A DNA stretch of 64,000 bases from Gemmatimonadota bacterium (GCA_963666735.1 OY762926.1:2272001-2336000), one strand, 5' to 3'. Positions 26,940 to 37,114 are shown, numbered from the stretch's first letter. The notes: a model not told the origin generated them from the sequence alone. Numbers and translations: made by a program.

Positions 26940-28175
26940 ATGCGGAACTTCGACTACATCATCGTGGGGGGCGGCCTCGCGGCGGTCTCGGCGGTGGACG
27001 GGATCCGGGAGATCGACGGCGAGGGCTCGATCGGCATGTTCGCGGACGAGGCGGACCCTCCCTATCACCGGCCTCCCCTGTCGAAGGAGTTCCTGCAGGC
27101 GGAGGGCGCGCCGCGCGACCTTCTGCATGTGAAGCCTGCGCGCTGGTTCGAGGACCGGGCGGACGGGCTCACGCTGTTCACGGACGCGCCGGTGAAGCGT
27201 CTGGACGCGCGCGCCATGACCATCCACACGGCTGCGGGGGACGCGTTCCGGGGCCGTCGCATTCTGATCGCCACGGGGGGGCGGGCGAAGCGGCTCGACG
27301 TGCCGGGAAGCGATTTCCCGGGCGTGCTGTCCCTCCGCACCGCCGCCGACTCCGAGCGACTGCGCGAAATGGCCCGCGGCGCGTCGCGCGTCGTGCTCGT
27401 CGGCGCCGGCTTCATCGGAATGGAACTGGCTTCATCGCTGTCGAAGTTCGACGTGGATGCCGTCGTCGTAGAGGTGGAGCCGCGCGTGTGGGCGCGCGTC
27501 TTCCCGGAAACGATCGCGAGTTTCCTCCGCCGCTATTTCGAGGAGCGCGGCGTGCGATTCATGATGGGCTCGGGCGTGGCCGCCTTCGAGGGCGAGGGAC
27601 GTCTTGGGAGGGTCGTGCTCGACAGCGGCGAGGAGGTCCCGGCCGACCTTGCGATCGTGGGCGTCGGGATGTCGCCGAGCGAGGAACTCGGCGCAAAAGC
27701 CGGCCTCGCGGTTCAGGACGGGATCGTCGTGGACGGGTTCGCGGAGACGACGGCCGCCCACATCTACGCGGCGGGCGACGTGGCGCGCTTCCCCGATCCC
27801 CTGGAGGGCGGACTGTCGCGCCTCGAGCACTGGGACCACGCCCGCGCCCACGGGCGCCACGCGGGCCGCAACATGGCCGGCGCGAGGGAGGCGTTCGACC
27901 ATCTCTCCTATTTCTTCACGCACGTCTTCGATCTCAGCATCAACGTGTTCGGGGAGACGGCCGAGGTGGACCGCACGATCGTCTCGGGCGAACTTGGCTC
28001 CGGCCGCTCGATCGTCTACTGCGTGACGGACAACCGGCTCATCGGCACGATCCTCATCAACGCGACCGGCGCGCTGGAGGACTGCCGGGCGCTGGTGCGC
28101 GCGCGCCCCACGGTCGAGGATCTGTTGAAGGAATTCGAGAAGCCGGGCGTGCGGCCCGGCGAGTTGGTCGGATAA
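26940..28175 (+). CDS. FAD/NAD(P)-dependent ferredoxin reductase-like oxidoreductase
   Basis: GGGLA, PYHRPPLSK, ATG, GAGFIGMELA, YAAGDVA, EHW. Confidence 0.9.
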   Translation: MRNFDYIIVGGGLAAVSAVDGIREIDGEGSIGMFADEADPPYHRPPLSKEFLQAEGAPRDLLHVKPARWFEDRADGLTLFTDAPVKRLDARAMTIHTAAGDAFRGRRILIATGGRAKRLDVPGSDFPGVLSLRTAADSERLREMARGASRVVLVGAGFIGMELASSLSKFDVDAVVVEVEPRVWARVFPETIASFLRRYFEERGVRFMMGSGVAAFEGEGRLGRVVLDSGEEVPADLAIVGVGMSPSEELGAKAGLAVQDGIVVDGFAETTAAHIYAAGDVARFPDPLEGGLSRLEHWDHARAHGRHAGRNMAGAREAFDHLSYFFTHVFDLSINVFGETAEVDRTIVSGELGSGRSIVYCVTDNRLIGTILINATGALEDCRALVRARPTVEDLLKEFEKPGVRPGELVG

Positions 28176-28202
28176 GGGGCCGGGGCCGGATACGGTCGAA
28201 AG

Positions 28203-28616
28203 GTGACGGATACGATGGAAGCGAACGATACGAGGGATCCGATGGACGGCATGGGCTCGGCGGGCGACGCGCCGTCAGCGGACGAAAACCCGTCGGCCGC
28301 CCCGACGTCCGAGGAGACGCCCGAGATCGAGGAGAAGGTGCGGACGGCGCTTCGGACCGTGACCGACCCTGAACTCGGCATCAACATCGTGGATCTCGGA
28401 CTCGTTTACGACGTCCAGGTGGAGGAGGGCGAGGCGAAGGTCACGATGACGCTGACCAGCCCCGGCTGTCCGGCAGGCGGGCAGATCCTCGGCGGGGCCA
28501 AGGACGCGGCGGAGACGGTGGACGGCGTGGACGACGCGGTCGTGAGCCTCGTGTGGAAGCCGTTCTGGACGCCCGAGAGGATCGACCCGGCGGTGCGGGC
28601 GATGATGGGCTTCTGA
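28203..28616 (+). CDS. DUF59 / SufT-like Fe-S cluster assembly factor
   Basis: DPELGINIVDLGLVY, TLTSPGCP. Confidence 0.92.
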   Translation: MTDTMEANDTRDPMDGMGSAGDAPSADENPSAAPTSEETPEIEEKVRTALRTVTDPELGINIVDLGLVYDVQVEEGEAKVTMTLTSPGCPAGGQILGGAKDAAETVDGVDDAVVSLVWKPFWTPERIDPAVRAMMGF

Positions 28617-28652
28617 CGGTGTTCGGACACTGATGATCGCCGGGTTCTGACG

Positions 28653-29129
28653 ATGCTTCTTCGGCTGTTTCTGCTGTTCACGATCGTCCCCGTCGTGGAA
28701 CTCGCGCTCCTCATACGCATCGGCGGCCTGCTCGGGCTTGGGCCCACACTCCTCCTCGTCATCGGGACGGGCGCGGCGGGTGCGTGGCTCGCCCGGCGTG
28801 AGGGGCTTCGGGCCTGGCTCGCCGTCCGCGACGAACTCCAAGGGGGTGGCCTGCCGGGCGAGTCGCTCGTCCACGCGCTGCTGATTCTCGCCGCGGGGGT
28901 GGTCCTCATCACGCCCGGCGTCCTCACCGACATCGCCGGTATCCTGCTCTTGATCCCGCCCGTGCGGGGGCGGCTCATCGCCCGCGTACGGAACTGGCTC
29001 GGCAGGCAGGTCGAGGGCGGCGCGATCCGAGTTGTGAGTGGGCCCGACGGCGCATTCGACCGAGGGGGCGGGGACGGCACGCTGGGGCGGGAGATCATCG
29101 TGGAAGAGGGTGAGCGGGACGGGCGCTGA
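28653..29129 (+). CDS. fxsA: FxsA family membrane protein
   Basis: VPVVELALLI, LITPGVLTD..G.LLLIP. Confidence 0.9.
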   Translation: MLLRLFLLFTIVPVVELALLIRIGGLLGLGPTLLLVIGTGAAGAWLARREGLRAWLAVRDELQGGGLPGESLVHALLILAAGVVLITPGVLTDIAGILLLIPPVRGRLIARVRNWLGRQVEGGAIRVVSGPDGAFDRGGGDGTLGREIIVEEGERDGR

Positions 29130-29235
29130 GACTTATTGAAAGGTTGAGATCGCCGGGGCGATTCCACACATCCCGCCATACGTTGACAAGGACGGGCATG
29201 CGACCCTACATCACATCAACAAGCTGGGCAAGCAT

Positions 29236-29739
29236 GTGCTTGCCTGTGAGCGAACAACCCTAACTTGGGAGGTGATAGTCGAGTTCGGGGATTATCAGTG
29301 TCGGTATTGTCGCGAGGCCGAACCTCATCTCGCGGCAATACTGCGGGAGTTCGAGGCCGATGTCGCTCTAGTCTTCCGACATCGACCGCTTGTTATCGAG
29401 TCTGCCTCGTACACTGCCGCAAGAGCGGCGGAGTGCGCGGGCGAACAAGGTGCCTTTTGGCCGTTCCACCATCGATTGCTTTCGAGTCCTAGCTGGCAAG
29501 TCGGCGACACCAACGAAGCCCTTAAACAGCTGGGGGTGGAAGTCGGCATCGTCGACCAAGTCGGTTTTGAGGCGTGCGTTGAGAGCGAGGCACCTGTGCC
29601 GACGATTACGGCCGACCTGAACGCTGCCGCCGACTTGAGCGTGTCCGGCACCCCAGCCTTCCTCGTTAACGGTCGACTGTCTATGGGTGTGCTGGACTCG
29701 CTCTCCTTCGCCGACATCTACGAGCGGGTCCGGCCGTAG
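29236..29739 (+). pseudogene. DsbA/thioredoxin-like protein, probably lacking its N-terminus
   Basis: IVEFGDYQCRYC, AAECAGEQGAFW, GTPAFLVNG; no signal or anchor; lower GC. Confidence 0.65.
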
Positions 29740-31002
29740 GTGGGCCGGAAGGGATCCGCCACGGGTCGCGTAGGGCTGGGGCTCGCCCTCGCGGGACTTT
29801 GCGCTTCGGGATGGCCGCTGCTCGGGCAGGACGTGTGCGAGAGCCCGTGGCGCCTCGAAGAGACGCTCCGTCTGGGCTCAGCGGACGGCGACGTGGCGCT
29901 CAACACGGTGAACGACCTCGCGGTCGGCCCCGCCGGTAAGATCTATCTCCTCCAAGGTTGGGATCCGATATTGGTATTCTGGCCCGATGGTCGCCCTGAG
30001 GGGGCGATCGGGCGATCGGGCGAGGGGCCGGGAGAGTTTGCTTCGCCACTCCGCCGTCTCGGCTGGCGGGGCGACACCCTATGGGTGAGCCATCGGCTCG
30101 CCACGCAGTTTCTATCGGCGGACGGCAAGGAAATTCGCCGGGTCCGTTTCTCGGTCCCCTTGGCTTCGGAGGGATCGATCCTCGCGCCCGGTACGCCGCT
30201 CGCCGACGGGACCTTCCTGCCAAGGCGGATGGTTACCGAGAACGAACTTCGCCTGAAGCTTGCCGGGCGCGTTCCGTTGCGCCGACTCTCAGCGTTGGGC
30301 GCGATCATCGACACGCTGGCCGTGGTGGAGCGTCACTTGGCATCGTTCAGCGTCGTGCGAGAGATCGACCGCAATGGGTGGGGCGTGCGTACAGAGCACC
30401 CTCTGGGTCCGTGGCGGGGCGAGTCTTGGCTGCCGGTGGCGGTCGACCCGGACGGCACCGCCATCGTCCTGCTCGGCGAGATGCGTGACGATCACGAGAA
30501 GGCCAGTTTCGAGCTGTTGAGGATCCGATTCGATGGCGACACGCTCTTACACAGGACCATTCCCTACAAGCGAAGAAGGATATCCGCAGCCGAGCAGCGG
30601 CGACAACGCGAGGTCTTTGCATCCCGCATGGCTGAGGACAGAATCCCGCAGTCGCGGAGGCGGCTCTCTCCCTCAGAATCGGAGCGGCGGCGGCGCATCG
30701 GTGGGGAACTCATCACGTTTCCCGATTTCTATCCCCCGGTGCGTCGTATCGTGGCGGGGGGCGACGGCTCGATGTGGCTTTTGAGAGAGGCTTGGCCGAG
30801 TCTGGCGGACATCTGGGAGATCTACGGCGAAGACGGAGAGCTTGAGGGTTCGGTGCGCATCGAGGGACCGCCCGACCATGAGAACTGGAACCCGCGGCTC
30901 AGGATCCTCCGTGCCCGTCGCACCGAGGTCTGGGGGATGACCCTCGGCGCGTTCAACGTTCCCTATGTCCACCGCTTCCGGGTCGACCGAAGTTGCAACT
31001 AG
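29740..31002 (+). CDS. Secreted 6-bladed beta-propeller (NHL/TolB-like) protein
   Basis: Signal peptide, LRLGS.DG, IGRSGEGPGEF, GDTLWV, C-terminal VPYVHRFRV. Confidence 0.72.
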   Translation: MGRKGSATGRVGLGLALAGLCASGWPLLGQDVCESPWRLEETLRLGSADGDVALNTVNDLAVGPAGKIYLLQGWDPILVFWPDGRPEGAIGRSGEGPGEFASPLRRLGWRGDTLWVSHRLATQFLSADGKEIRRVRFSVPLASEGSILAPGTPLADGTFLPRRMVTENELRLKLAGRVPLRRLSALGAIIDTLAVVERHLASFSVVREIDRNGWGVRTEHPLGPWRGESWLPVAVDPDGTAIVLLGEMRDDHEKASFELLRIRFDGDTLLHRTIPYKRRRISAAEQRRQREVFASRMAEDRIPQSRRRLSPSESERRRRIGGELITFPDFYPPVRRIVAGGDGSMWLLREAWPSLADIWEIYGEDGELEGSVRIEGPPDHENWNPRLRILRARRTEVWGMTLGAFNVPYVHRFRVDRSCN

Positions 31003-31013
31003 ACGGCGATCTC

Positions 31014-31607
31014 GTGTCTGAGCGCTGCTTCGGCCTTCGGCGGTGCAACTTCGGTTCGCCGCGAGTGATCGCGGGCCTCGCCGCCGCGGGCGTCGCGGGG
31101 CTGGCGCTCGCCGGAGCCGTGCGGGGCGAGTCGAGCCGGGAGACGGCCGGAGCGAGCCTCCCCGGGGACCCGCCGGGCTGTCTTCTCACACCCGAGGTGG
31201 TCAAGCTCTCCGGCACCCAGAGCGCGCCGGAGGGCCGCGGCTCCATGACGCTCACTCAACCCGGCTCGCCGTTCGACGTCACCGTCGACGCGGACGGCTT
31301 CCAGACGTTCGACATCGCGATACAGGTCGACCGGATGCGCCGCCGCCGCGGGGCGGTCTACGTCGCGTGGGCCGCGAAGCCCGAACTCGACGAGTGGATG
31401 CAGCTCGGTACGCTCGGCGAGGAGAACCGGATCGAAGCGCGGGTCTCCTGGAACCAGTTCCTCGTGTTCGTGAGCGAGGAGGCGTCGGCCGACGTCGAGC
31501 GCTGGCAGGGACCGATCCTGCTCACCGGCCTCTCGCCCTCCGGCCGCCTCCACACCATGGCCGGCCACGGCCCCTTCGAGGCCATGAACTGCCAGCTCTA
31601 CTTCTGA
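31014..31607 (+). CDS. Exported hypothetical protein
   Basis: Hydrophobic N-terminus, high-GC codon pattern, C-terminal HTMAGH; start uncertain. Confidence 0.65.
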   Translation: MSERCFGLRRCNFGSPRVIAGLAAAGVAGLALAGAVRGESSRETAGASLPGDPPGCLLTPEVVKLSGTQSAPEGRGSMTLTQPGSPFDVTVDADGFQTFDIAIQVDRMRRRRGAVYVAWAAKPELDEWMQLGTLGEENRIEARVSWNQFLVFVSEEASADVERWQGPILLTGLSPSGRLHTMAGHGPFEAMNCQLYF

Positions 31608-31615
31608 GCCGAGCG

Positions 31616-33334
31616 GTGAGCGGACCGGGCGTGCGGGTGGCCCGACACTGCGCCGTCGCAGCCATCGTCCCCGCCCTTGTCGGAATGGCGGGTACGCCGC
31701 CGGCATCGGGGCAGCAGCACGCGGGCCACACGGTGGCGACGGACAGCATGGGGGCCGTGTGGCGCATGCCGCCGCAGCCGATCCCGATGCCGATGATGTT
31801 GCCGGGCCTGATGGGCGCCGTCCCCGGGGTGACCCCGTACCTGCCCGACCCCGGCCACGATCCCGCGATGCTTCCGGAGGCGGTCTTCCGCGAGGTCGTG
31901 GAGATGGCCGACGGCGACACGCTCCACCTCGAGGCCGGGTTCGTGCGGCGCACGATCGGCACGCGCACCTTCACGATGTACGGCTTCAACGGGCAGTATC
32001 CCGGGCCCCTCATCCGCGTCCCGCAGGGCGCGGAGATCGTCGTGCTGTTCACGAACCGCATCGACCTGCCGACGGCGGTCCATTGGCACGGCGTGCGGCT
32101 CGAAAACGAGTTCGACGGGGTCCCCGGCGTCACCCAGGACCCGATCGAACCCGGCGAATCCTTCATGTACCGGGTCTACTTCAGGGACGCCGGCCTCTAC
32201 TGGTACCACCCGCATCACCGCGAGGACATCCAGCAGGACCTCGGCCTGTACGGAAACATGCTCGTCGACGCGCCCGCTCCTGACTACTACGGTCCGGCGA
32301 ACGGCGAGGACTTCCTCATGCTCGACGACCTGCTGGTCGACGACGGGGGCCTCTTCCCCTGGGGACGCGAAGCCGCCGTGCAGACGCTCATGGGCCGCTT
32401 CGGGAACCAGTTGCTCGTGAACGGAGAACCGCGCTGGGAGGCGACGGTCCGCCGCGGCGAGGTGCGGCGCCTCTATCTCACGAACGTCGCGAACACGCGC
32501 ACTTTCAACCTCGTCATGGAGGGTGCGGAGATGAAGCTCGTGGGCGCCGACGTGAGCAAGTTCGAGCGCGAGAGCTTCGTCTCGAACGTCGTCCTCGCCC
32601 CGGCCCAGCGCTACATCGTCGACGCCCGCTTCGAGGAACCGGGCACGTACGCACTCCTCAACCCGATCCAGGCCATCGACCACTTCAACGGCCGCTTCTA
32701 TCCGCAGACCGACACGCTGGGGGTCGTCACCGTCCTCGACGAACCGGTGGCGGAAGACCACGGCGACGCGTTCTCCACCCTGCGCGAACACGCGGACGTC
32801 ATCGAGGACATCGACCGCTACCGCGCCGAGTTCGGCCGGCTCGTCGATCACGAACTCGAACTCACGGTCCGGGTGGGGGACCTCCCCAGCGACATCGTCG
32901 CCGTGATGGCGATCGACACCCTCTACTTCCCGCCCGTCGAGTGGACCGACGCGATGCCGATGATGAACTTCCTCTCGACGTCGGAGAACCTGACCTGGAT
33001 CCTGCGCGACACCCGGACGGGGAAGGAAAACCGGGACATCGACTGGCGCTTCACGGTGGGGGACGTGCGGAAGCTCCGCATCCACAATCAGCGCCGCTCG
33101 TTCCACCCCATGCAACACCCGATCCATATCCACGGCCAGCGCTTCCTCGTGCTGGCGAAGGACGGGGTGCCGGCGGACAATCTCGCCTGGAAGGACACGG
33201 TCGTGATCCCCGTCGGATCGACGTTCGACATCCTGCTCGAGGCCTCCAACTCTGGCCGATGGATGGCGCACTGCCATATTGCGGAGCACTTGGAGGCCGG
33301 CATGTCCATGGTGTTCACGGTGGACCCCGGCTAG
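31616..33334 (+). CDS. Three-domain multicopper oxidase (CueO/CopA-like)
   Basis: HWHG, WYHPH, HPIHIHG, HCHIAEHLEAGM; Met-rich N-terminus; start uncertain. Confidence 0.92.
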   Translation: MSGPGVRVARHCAVAAIVPALVGMAGTPPASGQQHAGHTVATDSMGAVWRMPPQPIPMPMMLPGLMGAVPGVTPYLPDPGHDPAMLPEAVFREVVEMADGDTLHLEAGFVRRTIGTRTFTMYGFNGQYPGPLIRVPQGAEIVVLFTNRIDLPTAVHWHGVRLENEFDGVPGVTQDPIEPGESFMYRVYFRDAGLYWYHPHHREDIQQDLGLYGNMLVDAPAPDYYGPANGEDFLMLDDLLVDDGGLFPWGREAAVQTLMGRFGNQLLVNGEPRWEATVRRGEVRRLYLTNVANTRTFNLVMEGAEMKLVGADVSKFERESFVSNVVLAPAQRYIVDARFEEPGTYALLNPIQAIDHFNGRFYPQTDTLGVVTVLDEPVAEDHGDAFSTLREHADVIEDIDRYRAEFGRLVDHELELTVRVGDLPSDIVAVMAIDTLYFPPVEWTDAMPMMNFLSTSENLTWILRDTRTGKENRDIDWRFTVGDVRKLRIHNQRRSFHPMQHPIHIHGQRFLVLAKDGVPADNLAWKDTVVIPVGSTFDILLEASNSGRWMAHCHIAEHLEAGMSMVFTVDPG

Positions 33335-33380
33335 CCGGGGGAGCAGGAACCCCGGCGCCCCGACCAAAACGGAGGAAAGA

Positions 33381-34757
33381 ATGAAGTTCAGCAATCGGAC
33401 GATGTGCGCGGCGGCGGCCGTGACCGCGCTCGGAGCCGTCTTCGCCGCCCCGGCCGCACTCGATGCGCAGGCGATCGATGTCGTGGAGCGCGGCAGCCGG
33501 AACATGGAAGTGCTCGGACATGTCCCGCTCGGCCCGCGGCTCAGCATCGCGGACATGGACATCGAGCAGGAGATGCACCGGCCGTACGCGTACGTGGCGC
33601 GCATGCAGTACGGGCCGGTCGGTCCGAAAGGGCTCGACATCGTCTCGATCAAAGACCCGGAGCACCCCGAGGTGCTGTACGAGTGGCGGATCGAGGACCA
33701 GGATCTCCACCTGCGCACCGGCGGGATGGACGTGAAGCACTTCAAGTGGGGAGACCGCTACTACGTCGTTCAGTCGCTCCAGTTCGGGCAGGGCGGCCCG
33801 GACTCCGACATGGGCGCGGTCGTCCTCGATGTGACGGGACTGCCGGACGCCTCGACGGTGCGTGAGGTGGCCCGCATCAAGGAGCCCGATCTCCCGGGCG
33901 GCTTCCACAACATCTTCGTCTACAAGCACTCGAACATGAATGTGTATCTCGTCGCCACCGTCTCCGGCCCGTACGCGGCCGTGTACGACCTCGGCGCGCT
34001 GGTCGACGGGCGAAGCGACACGATGGTGGCGCAGATCCCCGTCCCGGATCAGGGGATGGCGGGGAACCGGCGGCGGGGATACCACGATTTCTATCTCGGC
34101 TATCACCCGGAAACGGGGACGGACCGCTTCTACGGCGGCGGCACCGGCGGCTACTACGTCTACGACGTGACGGATCTCGACAACCCGGAGCTTCTGACGC
34201 AGATCGTCGGGGTATCCGGGATCCGGAGCGGCCACACGTTCACACCCACTCCGGACGGGAACTTCGCGATCGCGGAGACGGAGTATCAGTACGCGCCGCT
34301 GAGGATCTTCGACCTCAGGCCCGGACTCAACGGCGAGGTCGCGGCGATCAACCGCCCGATCGCGGCGTGGACGGCGAACTGGAAAAACCTCGTCCACAAC
34401 CACGAGGTGCGGTGGCCGCTCGTGTTCGTGTCCGGCTACCTGGACGGGCTCGTCGTGTTCAACATGATGGATCCGGAGAATCCGATCACCGTGGGCCACT
34501 ACGACACCTACCTCGGGCCGCCGAACCCCGACCGGACCCCCGTCTTCAACGGCACGTTCGGAGTCGATGTCCGGAACGAGGACGGACTCATCGTCGTGAG
34601 CGACATGACGACGGGCCTGTGGACCTTCCGGATGGAGGGCTTCCAGGGGTGGAACGGCGACGACTGGGGCGTGCCGAACATCTCCAGCGCCCAGGACTGG
34701 GACAACGGACCCGCCGGCGCGGCCGGGCGCATCACGACGGACCAGCAGGGCGACTGA
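33381..34757 (+). CDS. Secreted LVIVD-repeat / choice-of-anchor B-like beta-propeller protein
   Basis: Signal peptide; GLDIVSIKDP, FHNIF, YHD, GHT, VHNHE, SDMTTGLW. Confidence 0.75.
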   Translation: MKFSNRTMCAAAAVTALGAVFAAPAALDAQAIDVVERGSRNMEVLGHVPLGPRLSIADMDIEQEMHRPYAYVARMQYGPVGPKGLDIVSIKDPEHPEVLYEWRIEDQDLHLRTGGMDVKHFKWGDRYYVVQSLQFGQGGPDSDMGAVVLDVTGLPDASTVREVARIKEPDLPGGFHNIFVYKHSNMNVYLVATVSGPYAAVYDLGALVDGRSDTMVAQIPVPDQGMAGNRRRGYHDFYLGYHPETGTDRFYGGGTGGYYVYDVTDLDNPELLTQIVGVSGIRSGHTFTPTPDGNFAIAETEYQYAPLRIFDLRPGLNGEVAAINRPIAAWTANWKNLVHNHEVRWPLVFVSGYLDGLVVFNMMDPENPITVGHYDTYLGPPNPDRTPVFNGTFGVDVRNEDGLIVVSDMTTGLWTFRMEGFQGWNGDDWGVPNISSAQDWDNGPAGAAGRITTDQQGD

Positions 34758-34767
34758 CGCCGGCGGC

Positions 34768-36558
34768 GTGAGCATCCGGCCACGGCTCCTCGTGGTCGGG
34801 AGCCCCTCTCTGGATCTCCTGCACTTCGGCGGCCGCTCCGTGCGGTCCGCCGGGGGCGCGGGACTCTACACCGCGCTCGCGGCACAGCGGGCCGGGGCCG
34901 AAGTCACGGTCGTGGCGCCGCGTCCGGATCCCATGCCGCCGGAACTCGAGTCGGCGGACCGCCTCCTCGACTGGCGGGGGCCGCCCGTTCCGCCCTCCGC
35001 GCTCCCTCACTTCGAGATCGAGTACTTCCCCGATGGCCGGACCGTCTATCGCCGGGCGGTGCGCGGGTCCGAGGGGGACATCCGTTACGGCGACATCCCC
35101 GACGCCGGGCCGGGCGCCTTCGCCTACGTCGTCCCTCTCCTCGACCCGGAACTGCAGTTGGGGTTCGCGCGGCGGCTGTCCGCGGCGGGAGTGCGCGTGG
35201 GGTGCGGAACGTACGCGCCGGGGATCCGCGCGCATCGGGAGGTCGTCGCGCGGATCGTGGAGGCGTCCCGCTACTTCTTCTGCAACGAGGAGGAAGCCGG
35301 GCTCCTCTTCGGATCGATCGACGATGTCGCGGCGGCGCCGGGGCGCGTGGTCTTCGTCACCCAGGGTGCGCGGGGGGCTCGCGTCGTCCTGGGCGGCCAT
35401 GCCATCGACGTCCCCGCTCCCGAGGTCGACGAGGTGGATCCGACGGGCGCCGGCGACACCTTTTGCGGGACCGCGCTGGCCCGGCTCGCGGCCGGAGACC
35501 ACCCCGGCATCGCCGCGCGGGTTGCGACGGCCCGTGCCGCTCGGACGGTGACGGGTATCGGGCCGGCGCCCCTCCTCTCGGACGGCCCGCCTGCCGCGCC
35601 GCCGCGGGACGTTCGGGTCCGCCTCGACGGCCATCGCGTCCGGCGCGTGGCCGGAGTCATCGCGACGGCCCCGGAGGCGGCGGCGTTCGACTTCACCGGC
35701 CCGGACTTCCCCGAACCCGGCGATCCGGCGGCGCTCGATTTCTTCTTCGCGGGGACGGTGCAGCAGTTCGGTTTCTGGCACGAGCGCGCGGGCCGCTACG
35801 AGGAACCCATGATCGCCTCCCTGGAGGGCCGGGCCCGCAAGGGGAGCGACTACCTGTGGGCCGCCTACCTGCGCTGGGCCCGCGAGGCGGCGGACGAACT
35901 CACTCCCGCCGGGCAGGCCGGCCTCGACGACGCGGACTTCGATCATCGCCTCCGGGACGATGGCGGTCACCACCCGCTCCCGGCCGGCCCGCTGCATCCG
36001 GCATGCGCTCGGGCGTACGGCCGCGACATGCTCGCGCTCGGCCTGACCCCCGCCTCGCTCGTGGCGGACGCCAACGCCGCGGAGCGGCCCCTCGCCCGCT
36101 TTCTCTCACGCCTCGATTCGGTCCGCGGCTACGGGGAGGATCCGTGGCGGAAGAAGTCCGCCCTCCTCGCGGCGATCCTCAGCCAGCGGCCGGAGCGATT
36201 CCTGCGGCTGGGGGAGGCGGAGGACGTGCCGCCGATCGTCGACTACCACTGCCAGCGCAGTTGCCTTCGCCTCGGCGTCGTCTCGGTGACCGACGAGACG
36301 CTGGCCGCGAAGCTCGCGAAGCGGGAGGTTGTGAGCGCGGAAGAAGAGGAGGCCGTGCGGGCCGCGTGTTACGAGGCGGTCGGGGAGATCCGGCGCCTGA
36401 GCGGGCGCTCCATGGGGGCCGTGGACTGGTTCTTTTTTCAGAACAGGGTACGGTGCCCGGAGATGACGGAACCGGACTGCGAGAGGTGCCCCGCCGACCC
36501 GGCGTGCGCGCACCGGACGCGACTCTTCCAGCCGGTGTTTCGTACGACCGCGTATTGA
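34768..36558 (+). CDS. PfkB-family kinase fused to a queuosine-salvage (Qng1/DUF2419)-like glycosylase domain with a 4Fe-4S motif
   Basis: N-terminal GGAG, NEEEA, VTQG..G, DPTGAGDTF; C-terminal QFGFW, KKSALL, VDYH, EEEAVRAAC, VDWFFF, C-x7-C-x2-C-x5-C. Confidence 0.75.
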   Translation: MSIRPRLLVVGSPSLDLLHFGGRSVRSAGGAGLYTALAAQRAGAEVTVVAPRPDPMPPELESADRLLDWRGPPVPPSALPHFEIEYFPDGRTVYRRAVRGSEGDIRYGDIPDAGPGAFAYVVPLLDPELQLGFARRLSAAGVRVGCGTYAPGIRAHREVVARIVEASRYFFCNEEEAGLLFGSIDDVAAAPGRVVFVTQGARGARVVLGGHAIDVPAPEVDEVDPTGAGDTFCGTALARLAAGDHPGIAARVATARAARTVTGIGPAPLLSDGPPAAPPRDVRVRLDGHRVRRVAGVIATAPEAAAFDFTGPDFPEPGDPAALDFFFAGTVQQFGFWHERAGRYEEPMIASLEGRARKGSDYLWAAYLRWAREAADELTPAGQAGLDDADFDHRLRDDGGHHPLPAGPLHPACARAYGRDMLALGLTPASLVADANAAERPLARFLSRLDSVRGYGEDPWRKKSALLAAILSQRPERFLRLGEAEDVPPIVDYHCQRSCLRLGVVSVTDETLAAKLAKREVVSAEEEEAVRAACYEAVGEIRRLSGRSMGAVDWFFFQNRVRCPEMTEPDCERCPADPACAHRTRLFQPVFRTTAY

Positions 36559-36605
36559 GGCCGGGACGGCTCAGGACCACCAACCACGGGAGTCGGGAGA
36601 ATCTC

Positions 36606-37094
36606 ATGAGAAAGTTCGGAGCAGCGTGCCTTCTCGCCGCAGCGATCCTTGTCACGCCCGCGGTCGCGGCCGCGCAGGATGACGCCGGAGCGGGGGCGGT
36701 CGCCGCCGTGCAGGCGTTGTTCGACGCGATGGCCGCCCGCGACGGCGACGCGATCCGCGGCCTGCTGACTGAAGGCGCCACCTTCGTGGCCACGGCGGAG
36801 ACCGCGGATGGCGTGCAGGTCCGGGAGAGCACCGGCGCCGAGTTCGCCGCTTCCATCGGTCAGCCGGGCCCCGCCCTGCTCGAACGCATGTGGGACCCGC
36901 ACGTGATGGTCCAGGGTCCGATCGCTGTCGTATGGACTCCCTACGACTTCCATGTGGACGGCGAGTTCAGCCACTGCGGGATCGACGCGGTGAGCCTCGT
37001 GCAGGCGGAAGACGGCTGGAAGATCTCGAGCATCGCCTACACGCGCAAAACCGAAGGCTGCGAACCGAGCCCGCTGGGTCCGCCCGGCGGTTGA
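36606..37094 (+). CDS. Secreted NTF2-like (DUF4440) protein
   Basis: Signal peptide; LFDAM..RD, ERMWD, AVVWTPYDF, FSHCGID, WKISSI. Confidence 0.82.
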   Translation: MRKFGAACLLAAAILVTPAVAAAQDDAGAGAVAAVQALFDAMAARDGDAIRGLLTEGATFVATAETADGVQVRESTGAEFAASIGQPGPALLERMWDPHVMVQGPIAVVWTPYDFHVDGEFSHCGIDAVSLVQAEDGWKISSIAYTRKTEGCEPSPLGPPGG

Positions 37095-37114
37095 CGCCGG
37101 GTTCGCCCAGCGCG

